Notes: generated from the letters alone by a model not told the origin. DNA of 13,865 nt from Candidatus Hodarchaeota archaeon (GCA_029856365.1 JAHQWW010000098.1:1-13865); one strand, 5' to 3'. Positions 1 to 8,125 are shown, counted from the stretch's first letter. Numbers and translations are program-made.

Positions 1-2
1 AA

Positions 3-1427
3 GTTAGGAATTATGCTTTTAAACAGAACTTGAACGATATTATTCCACCTGTTAACTATTTAACGCATAATCTATACTCTTATCCTGCGAAATTTATACC
101 CCATGTACCATATTATGTTGTATCAAAGTTCTTAAAAAAAGAAAATAGTGTTGTAATGGATCCCTTTGCTGGAAGTAGTTCAACTGCAATTGAAGCGTTA
201 CACCTAGGTCATAATTCAATTTGTATTGATATTAATCCTCTTACAAATTTCCTCACTGAAGTAAAAACCCAACGAATAACATTTAATTTATCTCAACAAA
301 CTTCAATGAAGTTAGATGGCTTCTTGGGAGCTAACGATGACAAAACAAAAAAAACTAAAAATAAAACCATCGATTTAAAGATATTCATTAAAGAAATGAG
401 AAAAAATGATGATAGTTTCTATCCTAAGTGGAAAAATATCGATCATTGGTATCCTGAGGAGTTTAAATACATACTTTCGAAAATTTGGGGTTATATTTAT
501 TCTATTGACGATAAATATCCAAGAGACTTCATGAATTTATTAAAATTAAGTGCTCTATATGTTTCCCGGTACTTGTCGTATGGAGCACGTGATGTTCCTA
601 AATTATTCCGATCCAAACGGAGAATAGCACAAGTTGAAGAATTATGTAAGAAAGTAGAAATTAATCCCAATCTTCCGTATGATATTTTTCGCAAAACACT
701 CCTTAAATATCTCAGTCAAATGAAACAACTAACAAAAATTCTTGAAAAAAAGAATATTACTCCCAAATATGAATATGAAATAACATCCAATAATATTCGA
801 AGTAATGCAATTAACACGAGGAAAATCGTCTGTCTGGGCGATACAGATGTTTTATCCTATAATTTTCCTGTACATGAAGAATTTATTGATTTAATTATTA
901 CTTCTCCTCCATATATTTATGCTCAAGAGTATATCAGATCAACAAAGCTGGATCTCTATTGGATGAACCTAGTTGATGATGCCCGAGTGAGAGAACTTAC
1001 GAAAAACGAATTAGGTACTAAAAAGGACACTGATATCGAATTAATCAAAACCAAATTAGGAAATATTAACTCTTTTAATTCAACTGCTGAAAACCTTGAA
1101 AAGAATGAGAGAAAAAAATATGGTAAAGTCGGGAAATATACTCAACAGACCGATAATTATTTTTATGACATGTATCTGATTATTGAAAAACTAAACAGCT
1201 ATATTAAGCAAAATGGAACATTCGGTTTGTTTATTGGAAATCCAACAGTCTTAGGATACCAAGTTCCTTGCCATGAAATTTTCTATGAAATATTCTTAGA
1301 TTTGGGATTAAACATCATAGAATTCGGATATGATGAAATAGTCTCTCCTCGTCTGCTAAAAGGCCGACAAAATTTATCACCAGACGGTATGAAATCTGAG
1401 TGGCTTATTATTGCCCAGAAATTGTGA
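3..1427 (+). CDS. DNA amino-methyltransferase (likely N4-cytosine, alpha-class motif order), probably 5'-truncated by the window edge
   Basis: N-terminal HNLYSYPAKFIP, SAM-binding motif I DPFAGSSST, a long variable region, then catalytic motif IV TSPPY and GTFGLFIGN. The frame is open from base 3 (VRNYAFKQN) into the TTG at 30, so the true start may lie upstream of the window. Confidence 0.85.
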   Translation, partial: VRNYAFKQNLNDIIPPVNYLTHNLYSYPAKFIPHVPYYVVSKFLKKENSVVMDPFAGSSSTAIEALHLGHNSICIDINPLTNFLTEVKTQRITFNLSQQTSMKLDGFLGANDDKTKKTKNKTIDLKIFIKEMRKNDDSFYPKWKNIDHWYPEEFKYILSKIWGYIYSIDDKYPRDFMNLLKLSALYVSRYLSYGARDVPKLFRSKRRIAQVEELCKKVEINPNLPYDIFRKTLLKYLSQMKQLTKILEKKNITPKYEYEITSNNIRSNAINTRKIVCLGDTDVLSYNFPVHEEFIDLIITSPPYIYAQEYIRSTKLDLYWMNLVDDARVRELTKNELGTKKDTDIELIKTKLGNINSFNSTAENLEKNERKKYGKVGKYTQQTDNYFYDMYLIIEKLNSYIKQNGTFGLFIGNPTVLGYQVPCHEIFYEIFLDLGLNIIEFGYDEIVSPRLLKGRQNLSPDGMKSEWLIIAQKL

Positions 1428-1444
1428 ATTATCCTAATATACTT

Positions 1445-2716
1445 TCAGGGGGAAATTAAATCATTCTCTACTGCAAATGACACCCGTTTTTGAAATACAA
1501 TAGTCACAAAAAAGGAACAGAATATTAATAGTAACATAAATGCGAATCCTGCGACTGGTGATTGAAATAGATCCAATAACGCACCAAATATTGTTGGGGA
1601 AGTGGAACTAACCACTAACCCCAACGAAAATACAATTGAATAGAAAAATGTTCTACTTTCTTGGGGTACAATATCACTCATTAGGGCTTGGAGAGTTCCC
1701 CCAGCAAGATAGAAACAAATAGCAAAAAAGGAAAATCCTAGAAGAATTGCCCATATCTCAGGGAAGTGTTCTGTGAGAAGAATAAGGCTTAAGATTGCTA
1801 AGCTAGTGCCAACAGCAGAAATCAAAATGATTTTCACCCTTCCATAAGAACCGGATCTATCACTGATATACGCTCCGTAAATATCGCTCCCAGATCCTAA
1901 TAATAAAATGAAACTGGTCATTACTCCAGCTTCAAAGGATTGGACTCCATAGAAATCTCGCAATAATGTAACAGTAAAATAACTTATCAATCTGTAAACT
2001 CCTCCCCGCAGCGCACTCATAATGATAATTAAACCTAATGTTACTAAAATCCAATTTCTAAATTCGCGTCTTGAGGTATTGTTTGTTAAATTCTCCTGAA
2101 CTTCACGATCATTATTATTTTGGATTAGAGATGAATACTTGGGGATTAATTTTTGTATAACGACCCAGATAGTCATAAGAATCAAGAGAATTAAGCAACC
2201 AAAGCCAAGTAAAGAGAAAGTTTGCCTCCAGTCATCCAGAACATAGATAGTGAGTCCAAGTGTTCCTAGGGGAGCGAGAGCTGTACCAATTACACCAGCT
2301 GCATGATTCACAGCCATAGCTTTCCCTCTATTCTCCCCTCTGAAAGAATTTGCTGCCACTCCTAACCCTACTGGGTGAAAAGTAGTACAACCGAGTCCTA
2401 AGATTAAATTTCCAATTAAAAGATAAAAGAAATCTAAAGAGAGGGATATTATAAAACTAGAAAAAGCAAATAGGAAGATACCGAGTAAAACAATGACAAA
2501 CCCTAATCGAGCATTTTTACCTAAATAACCAACCACTGGTGATGTTATTGCCATAATTAAGATGGGCAATGATCCGAGTATCCCCATTTCCAAATAACTC
2601 ATTGATATTTCTTGGGAAATCAGTATAAGCATTGCTGGAAATGCGTAAAGTTCAACGTGATGGATAAAATGAGCAAATGACATAAATGAGAGTAACTGTA
2701 GTCGCACTGATGACAT
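1445..2716 (-). CDS. MFS transporter (about 12 TM helices, substrate unknown)
   Basis: 423 aa in two hydrophobic halves joined by a polar loop (QNNNDREVQENLTNN). MFS-like motifs include GAYISDRSGSYGR, GLGCTTFHP and ENRGKAMAVNHAAG. Confidence 0.9.
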   Translation of the reverse strand: MSSVRLQLLSFMSFAHFIHHVELYAFPAMLILISQEISMSYLEMGILGSLPILIMAITSPVVGYLGKNARLGFVIVLLGIFLFAFSSFIISLSLDFFYLLIGNLILGLGCTTFHPVGLGVAANSFRGENRGKAMAVNHAAGVIGTALAPLGTLGLTIYVLDDWRQTFSLLGFGCLILLILMTIWVVIQKLIPKYSSLIQNNNDREVQENLTNNTSRREFRNWILVTLGLIIIMSALRGGVYRLISYFTVTLLRDFYGVQSFEAGVMTSFILLLGSGSDIYGAYISDRSGSYGRVKIILISAVGTSLAILSLILLTEHFPEIWAILLGFSFFAICFYLAGGTLQALMSDIVPQESRTFFYSIVFSLGLVVSSTSPTIFGALLDLFQSPVAGFAFMLLLIFCSFFVTIVFQKRVSFAVENDLISP

Positions 2717-2752
2717 GACTAAAAGCAGATGAAATCAAACTAAAAGTTTTGC

Positions 2753-4168
2753 TTAATCATCTGAATTTAAAGGACAAGTCAAAGAAAACTGAAGCCCTTC
2801 TTTTGGTAAGATGTCGGTTATAGTTAATTTCCCATGAATTTCTCTAAGCAATACATCCGCAAGGTAAATATCCATCAGAAATTTCGATTTTTCAGGTGAT
2901 TCTGGGGTTTTAAGAAAAGTTCTCCCATTATCTGTGATAGTTAATTTCATGTTCTTTTTTGAGGTTAATTCAATATCAATTTTGATTTCATTACATGATC
3001 TCTCAAGAGAATTTCGTATAATTTGTTCAATGGCAATTATTAAGATTCTAGGACAACTGTAGAGGTTGGGATATTCCACCTGCAAGTTAAAGTTGATTGT
3101 GCTACCTTTCGATTCAACAAGAGGTTTTATCAGTTCATTCAATTCATCAATTAATTCTTCAATTGTCACAAGTAAAAGTGGAAACTCGAGAACTGGCTTC
3201 AAACTTTCAAATTCACTAATTTGGCGATTAAGTCGAATAACTTTTTCGATAATTCCGATTAACTTTTCCACTCGTTCGTGTTGCTCGGGTAACGAAGCTT
3301 GAAGGATATCCAGCCAACCTCGTGTGAGAAGTAATTGTTCTGAAGTCTCAGACATCATCATCTTGAGTAAAACTCCACGAGTATCAGCTGATCTATCACT
3401 TTCGAGATATCGATCAGTGATATCGACGCAAACAACGATTACTCCATTATAGAGCGATTGAGAATCATATAGTGGAGTAGTTGAAACTAAAAATGTTTTA
3501 TCACGGCCAAACTTTGCTTTCAGTTTCATTTCATGATGTCTAAGTGAGATTTTCTCTCTACCTATAATCTGAGCTTCTATTGATTTGAATTCTTCAGGGT
3601 GAGTAATCTCAAAAAAATCTCTGTTCATAAGCTCTGTTTTGTGATACTTCAATACTCCGCATAGAACTGGATTCACAAAAACAATTTTTCCTTGTTTATC
3701 CAAGATCATAAGACCTTCGTGAATGTTTTCAATAAAAGCTCGATACTTCGCTTCTGATTCTTTCAATCGTTTCGAACTTACTTGCTCTTCAGTAATATCT
3801 CTGACGAGTCCAAGGATAATATTGAAGCGTCGAATGTCAAGAATCGTAAGATCAAGCGAGATAATATCTCTCCCCCGTGTAAAGGCTCGAACTTCACCTT
3901 GAAAATATCCCTTTTGTTCTAATGTGTTTAAAGGCAATTGGATATCCATAGGAAGAAGAAGATCCCAAAGAACTAACCCATTGACGTCTGTACTTGAATT
4001 GTACCCGTAAATTTGGGCAAAAACATCATTAGAAGTAATGATTTTAGTTGTTTTACGATCTAATACGAATACTCCAGACGAAGAAATTTTTTCGATAATT
4101 TCCTCTATAAAGTTGATTGCTTGTTCTTGAGGGTACAATTCATTGCGATCTAAAGCTTTTCCCCTCAC
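2753..4168 (-). CDS. Tandem PAS-domain sensor with a degenerate HisKA/HATPase_c-like C-terminus (probable pseudo-histidine kinase)
   Basis: Two PAS/PAC repeats ending in RDIT and VDITDR, with a typical ESEAKYRAFIENIHEG...IVFVN linker. The C-terminus has an N-box-like EQIIRNS and a G1-like ITDNG, but no H-box His and no GxGL G2 box. GTG start. Confidence 0.85.
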   Translation of the reverse strand: MRGKALDRNELYPQEQAINFIEEIIEKISSSGVFVLDRKTTKIITSNDVFAQIYGYNSSTDVNGLVLWDLLLPMDIQLPLNTLEQKGYFQGEVRAFTRGRDIISLDLTILDIRRFNIILGLVRDITEEQVSSKRLKESEAKYRAFIENIHEGLMILDKQGKIVFVNPVLCGVLKYHKTELMNRDFFEITHPEEFKSIEAQIIGREKISLRHHEMKLKAKFGRDKTFLVSTTPLYDSQSLYNGVIVVCVDITDRYLESDRSADTRGVLLKMMMSETSEQLLLTRGWLDILQASLPEQHERVEKLIGIIEKVIRLNRQISEFESLKPVLEFPLLLVTIEELIDELNELIKPLVESKGSTINFNLQVEYPNLYSCPRILIIAIEQIIRNSLERSCNEIKIDIELTSKKNMKLTITDNGRTFLKTPESPEKSKFLMDIYLADVLLREIHGKLTITDILPKEGLQFSLTCPLNSDD

Positions 4169-4205
4169 TGGTTCATCTTTCTAATGAATATTCTGAGCAT
4201 CCCAC

Positions 4206-4341
4206 TATCTAGAGAATGCTAAGGAATAAACCAATTTATATAATGAAATATTAATTTTTTCAAGCTCAAAAGGTTATCTAGAGAATATTTCCGCAAATAA
4301 TGAATGAAGTATGCTTTCTAGAGAATTCCTCCGCATATTAT
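4206..4341. repeat. Three direct copies of TCTAGAGAAT in a divergent intergenic region (possible operator sites)
   Basis: Exact 10-mer at 4208-4217, 4277-4286 and 4317-4326. Copies 2 and 3 extend to 25 nt with 20/25 identity (TCTAGAGAATATTTCCGCAAATAAT vs TCTAGAGAATTCCTCCGCATATTAT). Confidence 0.7.
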
Positions 4342-4462
4342 TACATGTGAAATCTTAATTATTCTCGAATATCCTTTTTTTATCAATTTATACTAGTTTG
4401 AAATGTTAGTAATTCAACAGAACCGCAAAAAATAATGTAGAAATCCAATAGAGAGATTAGTA

Positions 4463-4654
4463 TTGAGAATAGAAAATAAAATCGTATTTTGGGTTAGTAA
4501 TGGTCTTTTTTGTGACCACTGTGGAAATTATTTAACTCCAGCACTCTTAATTTATCTTCAAACTAGTATTAAACTTACTAAGATAGAGCGGGGACTGTTG
4601 GGCTCTATCCCAATGGTATTATTAGTTATTCTTTCATCATTGGTGTCTACATAG
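4463..4654 (+). pseudogene. Truncated MFS transporter remnant (TM1-TM2 only)
   Basis: The 63-aa ORF aligns without gaps to residues 13-62 of the MFS at 1445..2716 (18/50 identical, e.g. PALLI/PAMLI and ERGLLGSIP/EMGILGSLP). It stops 76 nt before the convergent sufB stop, leaving no room for the rest of the protein. Confidence 0.75.
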
Positions 4655-4730
4655 AAAGAAGTAAAGTAAAAAATATATAATATAAGTCTTTAATAAGATT
4701 ACTAATGATATCTAATGATTTTATCCCCTT

Positions 4731-5954
4731 TTATAATCCCATTTGTATTGAAGTAATTTTCTCAAGTTCTGCCTTAATCTCTGGCCTAAGTCCCTCAATA
4801 TCAATACTTAAGAATCCTCTCACGATCATATCTGTAGCTTCTTCTTCTGTCATACCCCGAGCCATTAAATAATAAAGTTGATCCTCGCCAATACGACCGA
4901 TGGATGCTTCATGTGACATTTCAAGATCAGGACGATCAGCAATAAGTTCGGGAATGGCGTGAATTACCCCTTTCTTGGCAAGAATGAGCCCATCACATTC
5001 CAAATGTGCCTTAATATTTGATGCTTTACCATCGAGAATCCCTCGGGCAACAATTTTTCCTCCGATAGTAGCAGCTCGAGAAAGAACTTCCGCACGTGAA
5101 CGAATACCTTGAAGTACCACACGTCCACCAATATCCATTGTTGAACCTGGATGACCGTACAAGATACTATTGTAACGCGCAGTTGCATCAGCCTCAAGAT
5201 ATGTAGATGGAAAAAGTTGAACAGATTTCACGGGGTCCATTATAATGTAATTGTTAGTAAAATTCCCTCCTTTTTTAACCGTGGTTACCGAACGTGGTCT
5301 CACCACAAAATCTTCTCCCCAATTATGGATCATTGTGAAAGTCAGTGAAGCGTGCTCTTCGACATAAAACTCTGATACCCCCACGTGGAGGCCAGCTTTA
5401 GCTGATGTTGCACAACCAGTAATAATATGGATGTCACTCTTTTCTTCTGCTATCACGATATTATGAACGTTCTGAGCGCCAAAGTTTTGTGAAATAAAAA
5501 GACATGATTGCAAAGGATATGTGATTTTTGCTCCCGCTTTAGCACGGATGAAGTATCCACGAGTCATATGCAACTCTGTCTGGGATGTAAACTTATCAGT
5601 ATCAATTGAAACATTTTTCCACCAGTAGTCATTCAACCAATCACCATATATCTCCCAAGCTTCATCAATAGGTAAAACTTCAACACCAGGATCTTTACTT
5701 TTGCTACAAATCGTATCAAAATCGTATTGCAAATAACTTCCAGATGTCCTATTATCATTATCTGAGAACCCTGCTTTTCGTAATAATGTGATTTCGTCAC
5801 GTGAGCTAAGTTCTGACGGATTAGCAACAGGATCATGGACATTAGTTTCTGGAAGCTTAAACGCGTTTAAGTCAACATCAACCCCATATTTTGCTTTTTT
5901 TGTAATGGCTCGACGTGCTCGTTCCTTAAGCTGTTCATTTGATGTTTTTGCCAT
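4731..5954 (-). CDS. sufB: SufB/SufD-family Fe-S scaffold (SmsB of the SUF-like minimal system)
   Basis: Archaeal-type SufBD motifs KKAKYGVDVDL, QNVHNIVIAEE, HIITGCAT, GLHVGVSEFYV, FTMIHNWG, HLECDGL and MSHEASIG. Starts 4 nt after the sufC stop. Confidence 0.93.
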   Translation of the reverse strand: MAKTSNEQLKERARRAITKKAKYGVDVDLNAFKLPETNVHDPVANPSELSSRDEITLLRKAGFSDNDNRTSGSYLQYDFDTICSKSKDPGVEVLPIDEAWEIYGDWLNDYWWKNVSIDTDKFTSQTELHMTRGYFIRAKAGAKITYPLQSCLFISQNFGAQNVHNIVIAEEKSDIHIITGCATSAKAGLHVGVSEFYVEEHASLTFTMIHNWGEDFVVRPRSVTTVKKGGNFTNNYIIMDPVKSVQLFPSTYLEADATARYNSILYGHPGSTMDIGGRVVLQGIRSRAEVLSRAATIGGKIVARGILDGKASNIKAHLECDGLILAKKGVIHAIPELIADRPDLEMSHEASIGRIGEDQLYYLMARGMTEEEATDMIVRGFLSIDIEGLRPEIKAELEKITSIQMGL

Positions 5955-5958
5955 TTAC

Positions 5959-6756
5959 TCATCTTCCTGCGAGTTTAAGTTGTAGTTGATCATCCAAACG
6001 TTCATGACACCGGACACATTCAGGATATCCTAAATTTCTGATGTCCTCCAACAATCGTGAAGGGGTTCCAGTACAACCTATATGTCCATGACACATAACG
6101 TGGGCTCTATCGGTATGAATATAATCCAAAATGTGACCTGTGTGTGTAATTACAAGACCAGCTTTTTTCTTTGACCAAGGTTGTGATGGTTGACGTGGAG
6201 ATGCGCCCAACAACACATTGGTCATCCGACCAATTAGTTTCATGGCTTGAATATCAACTCCTGATTCAGGTTCATCTAGGAGTATGAAATCAGGATCTTG
6301 AAGAAGTAATTGTAATAATTCAGATCTTTTCATTTCACCTCCAGAGAAATGAACATTAAGATCTCGATTAAGAAAATCTCGCATTTCAAGTTCCTTTGCT
6401 TTCCTCCCGATCTCAGCTGTTGTTTCATTTCTTTGGAGTACTAAGAATTCCGTAAGTTTATGTAATTTCAAACCAGGAATATTTGGTGGTCTTTGAAAGG
6501 AGATTCCAACCCCCATCTTAGCACGTTCCGTGATAGACTTACCGATGATATCAATTCCCTTGAATAAAATTGAACCATGGACAACATGATACTGGGGGAA
6601 ACCCATAATGGTCTGTATGAGTGTGGACTTCCCAGAACCGTTTGGGCCAAACAGTACATGGATTTCTCCTTCTGGTATATGTAGATTCAGATTCCTTAAT
6701 ATGATATTACCTGGATCTTCTGTTATTTCAACTGTTAAGTTCTTTATTTTCAACAT
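5959..6756 (-). CDS. sufC: SufC-family ABC ATPase (SmsC)
   Basis: Walker A GPNGSGKST, Q-loop SFQRP, signature FSGGEMKRSE, Walker B ILLDEPESGVD, H-loop ITHTG and C-terminal GYPECVRC (CxxC). Directly upstream of sufB. Confidence 0.93.
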   Translation of the reverse strand: MLKIKNLTVEITEDPGNIILRNLNLHIPEGEIHVLFGPNGSGKSTLIQTIMGFPQYHVVHGSILFKGIDIIGKSITERAKMGVGISFQRPPNIPGLKLHKLTEFLVLQRNETTAEIGRKAKELEMRDFLNRDLNVHFSGGEMKRSELLQLLLQDPDFILLDEPESGVDIQAMKLIGRMTNVLLGASPRQPSQPWSKKKAGLVITHTGHILDYIHTDRAHVMCHGHIGCTGTPSRLLEDIRNLGYPECVRCHERLDDQLQLKLAGR

Positions 6757-7051
6757 GACATTAGCCCTTCTAATTATAAAGAGTGATCAGAACTCACCAT
6801 AATAATATTTTACTATTTCAATATATTAAATGCCTTGGATTTAAGGCTATTATTTCGGTCATAATGAAACTGCTTCTTGAAGAAACTAACACTATTCATG
6901 TATTTGTGCGTTTTTTTCTTAATTAAAAGCAGAAAAGTCTATGATAAAGTGTATAACAATCTTAAGATAAGATTAATAAGATAGTCGTAATAATTCTCGA
7001 GGTAAGTTCTTATAGCTCTTTTTTCTTATTGACAATCAAATCCACCTTCTG

Positions 7052-8092
7052 TTGGAGGATTTTAAAATATCCCTATTGAAGAGGCTCTTTCGACGTCGTA
7101 CGAAAAAGGAGGAAGAACCCTCTACTCCAGTTAAAGAAGAATTAATAACATTTATAGGAGAAGCATACGCAGGAAAAACCACCATTTTGCATCGTTTGAG
7201 AACAGGGGAGTTCTATAGCAGTACAGTAAGAACTATGGGATTAAATGTTGACTCATTTGAATATCGTAATGTCAAATTCCAAGCATTTGACTTGGGGGGC
7301 CAAGAGTCATTCCACATGATTTGGGGAGATTACTTACGTCTTTCTAATGCTGTAGTTTTTGTCGTAGATTGCTCCAATCCGAACAGTTTTCGGTCAAGCA
7401 AAGCAGCTCTCTATAATGCAATGCCTAGTATTCCATCAAATGCTGTCCTTCTCATTGTAGCAAATAAAGCTGATATATCAGGTGTTAATCCATACGTTAC
7501 ACTTCTTAAACATTTTGACCTATATGATATTCAACAAAAAGGCGATTTTCGTGCTATTAATATATTCCATATGTCAGCAAAGACAGGAATGAACTTTTAT
7601 CAGGCCTTCGATTGGTTGATTGAAACATTAACAGGAGAAATTATTCTTCCTAATATCAATATTCATAACATCTGTATTTATAAAACAGATTCAGGATTGC
7701 TAGTTGGAAGCAGTATAGCTACTCAAGGTCAAACACATTATGATCCTGCATTATTAACAAGTATGTTCTCAGCAGTAAACACTTTTGCCGAAGCATCCAT
7801 GGGAGCGGGAGTAAGAGAAATACTCATGAAGCGAAGTAAGTCAGCAGGAGCAGATGAGATATCAGATAACTATAAATTAGTTCGGGTTGAGGAAACAGAC
7901 TTCTCTGTAATCCTCATTGTGGATGAGTCTGACTCCATGAGGAAGAGTATAAAGATAGGTAAAGATCTATTAATGTGGACGAGATTAAAGATCCCAGAAC
8001 CAGATAACCTCTTTGAGCTGATCGAAGGGGACGAGATTAAAACCTATTTAGCAATGAAATTCCCAGAAGATATGGCATCGGCTATGGCTTAA
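7052..8092 (+). CDS. Arf/Sar-like small GTPase fused to a C-terminal longin-like domain (eukaryotic signature protein); start uncertain (7052 TTG, 7067 ATA or 7076 TTG)
   Basis: G1 GEAYAGKTT, G2 RTMGLNV (Arf PTIGFNV), G3 FDLGGQ..IW..Y, G4 NKAD, G5 SAKTG and Arf-like closing AFDWL. Residues ~202-346 show a beta-beta-alpha-beta-beta-beta-alpha-alpha pattern. Confidence 0.88.
   Translation: MEDFKISLLKRLFRRRTKKEEEPSTPVKEELITFIGEAYAGKTTILHRLRTGEFYSSTVRTMGLNVDSFEYRNVKFQAFDLGGQESFHMIWGDYLRLSNAVVFVVDCSNPNSFRSSKAALYNAMPSIPSNAVLLIVANKADISGVNPYVTLLKHFDLYDIQQKGDFRAINIFHMSAKTGMNFYQAFDWLIETLTGEIILPNINIHNICIYKTDSGLLVGSSIATQGQTHYDPALLTSMFSAVNTFAEASMGAGVREILMKRSKSAGADEISDNYKLVRVEETDFSVILIVDESDSMRKSIKIGKDLLMWTRLKIPEPDNLFELIEGDEIKTYLAMKFPEDMASAMA
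7054..7058 (+). promoter_or_regulatory. Shine-Dalgarno-like GGAGG for the GTPase gene
   Basis: GGAGG overlaps the computed TTG start and lies 8 nt before an in-frame ATA (7067). Confidence 0.45.
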
Positions 8093-8118
8093 CTCTCATT
8101 TCTCGTTATAACAGTCAC

Positions 8119-8125
8119 AAAAAAA
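8119..8125 (-). terminator. Oligo-T tract (archaeal-type terminator candidate) after the FGGY kinase
   Basis: A7 on the + strand is T7 on the - strand, immediately after the TAG stop, in a 33-nt convergent gap. Confidence 0.45.

Noticed and set aside
497-694. 65-aa - strand ORF
   Set aside because: Lies antisense within the methyltransferase; no motif.
3066-3302. 78-aa + strand ORF
   Set aside because: Antisense shadow of the PAS protein.
4206-4341. Triple repeat as a mini-CRISPR array
   Set aside because: The conserved core is only 10 nt, spacing is irregular (69 and 40 nt) and there are no cas genes.
5955-5961. Selenocysteine read-through or fusion at TGA stops (sufC, SCP2, MTase, MFS)
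   Set aside because: The proteins are full length at these stops, sufB is in a different frame from sufC, the SCP2 TGA is followed by further stops within three codons, and no SECIS-like element was recognised.
4964-6802. Six short ORFs overlapping sufB/sufC (4964, 5151, 5633, 5788, 6468, 6608)
   Set aside because: Alternative-frame or antisense ORFs overlapping well-conserved genes, with no independent support.
6757-7051. Specific TATA/BRE promoter calls in the divergent sufC-GTPase spacer
   Set aside because: Promoters are expected here, but the many AT-rich candidates cannot be told apart by eye.
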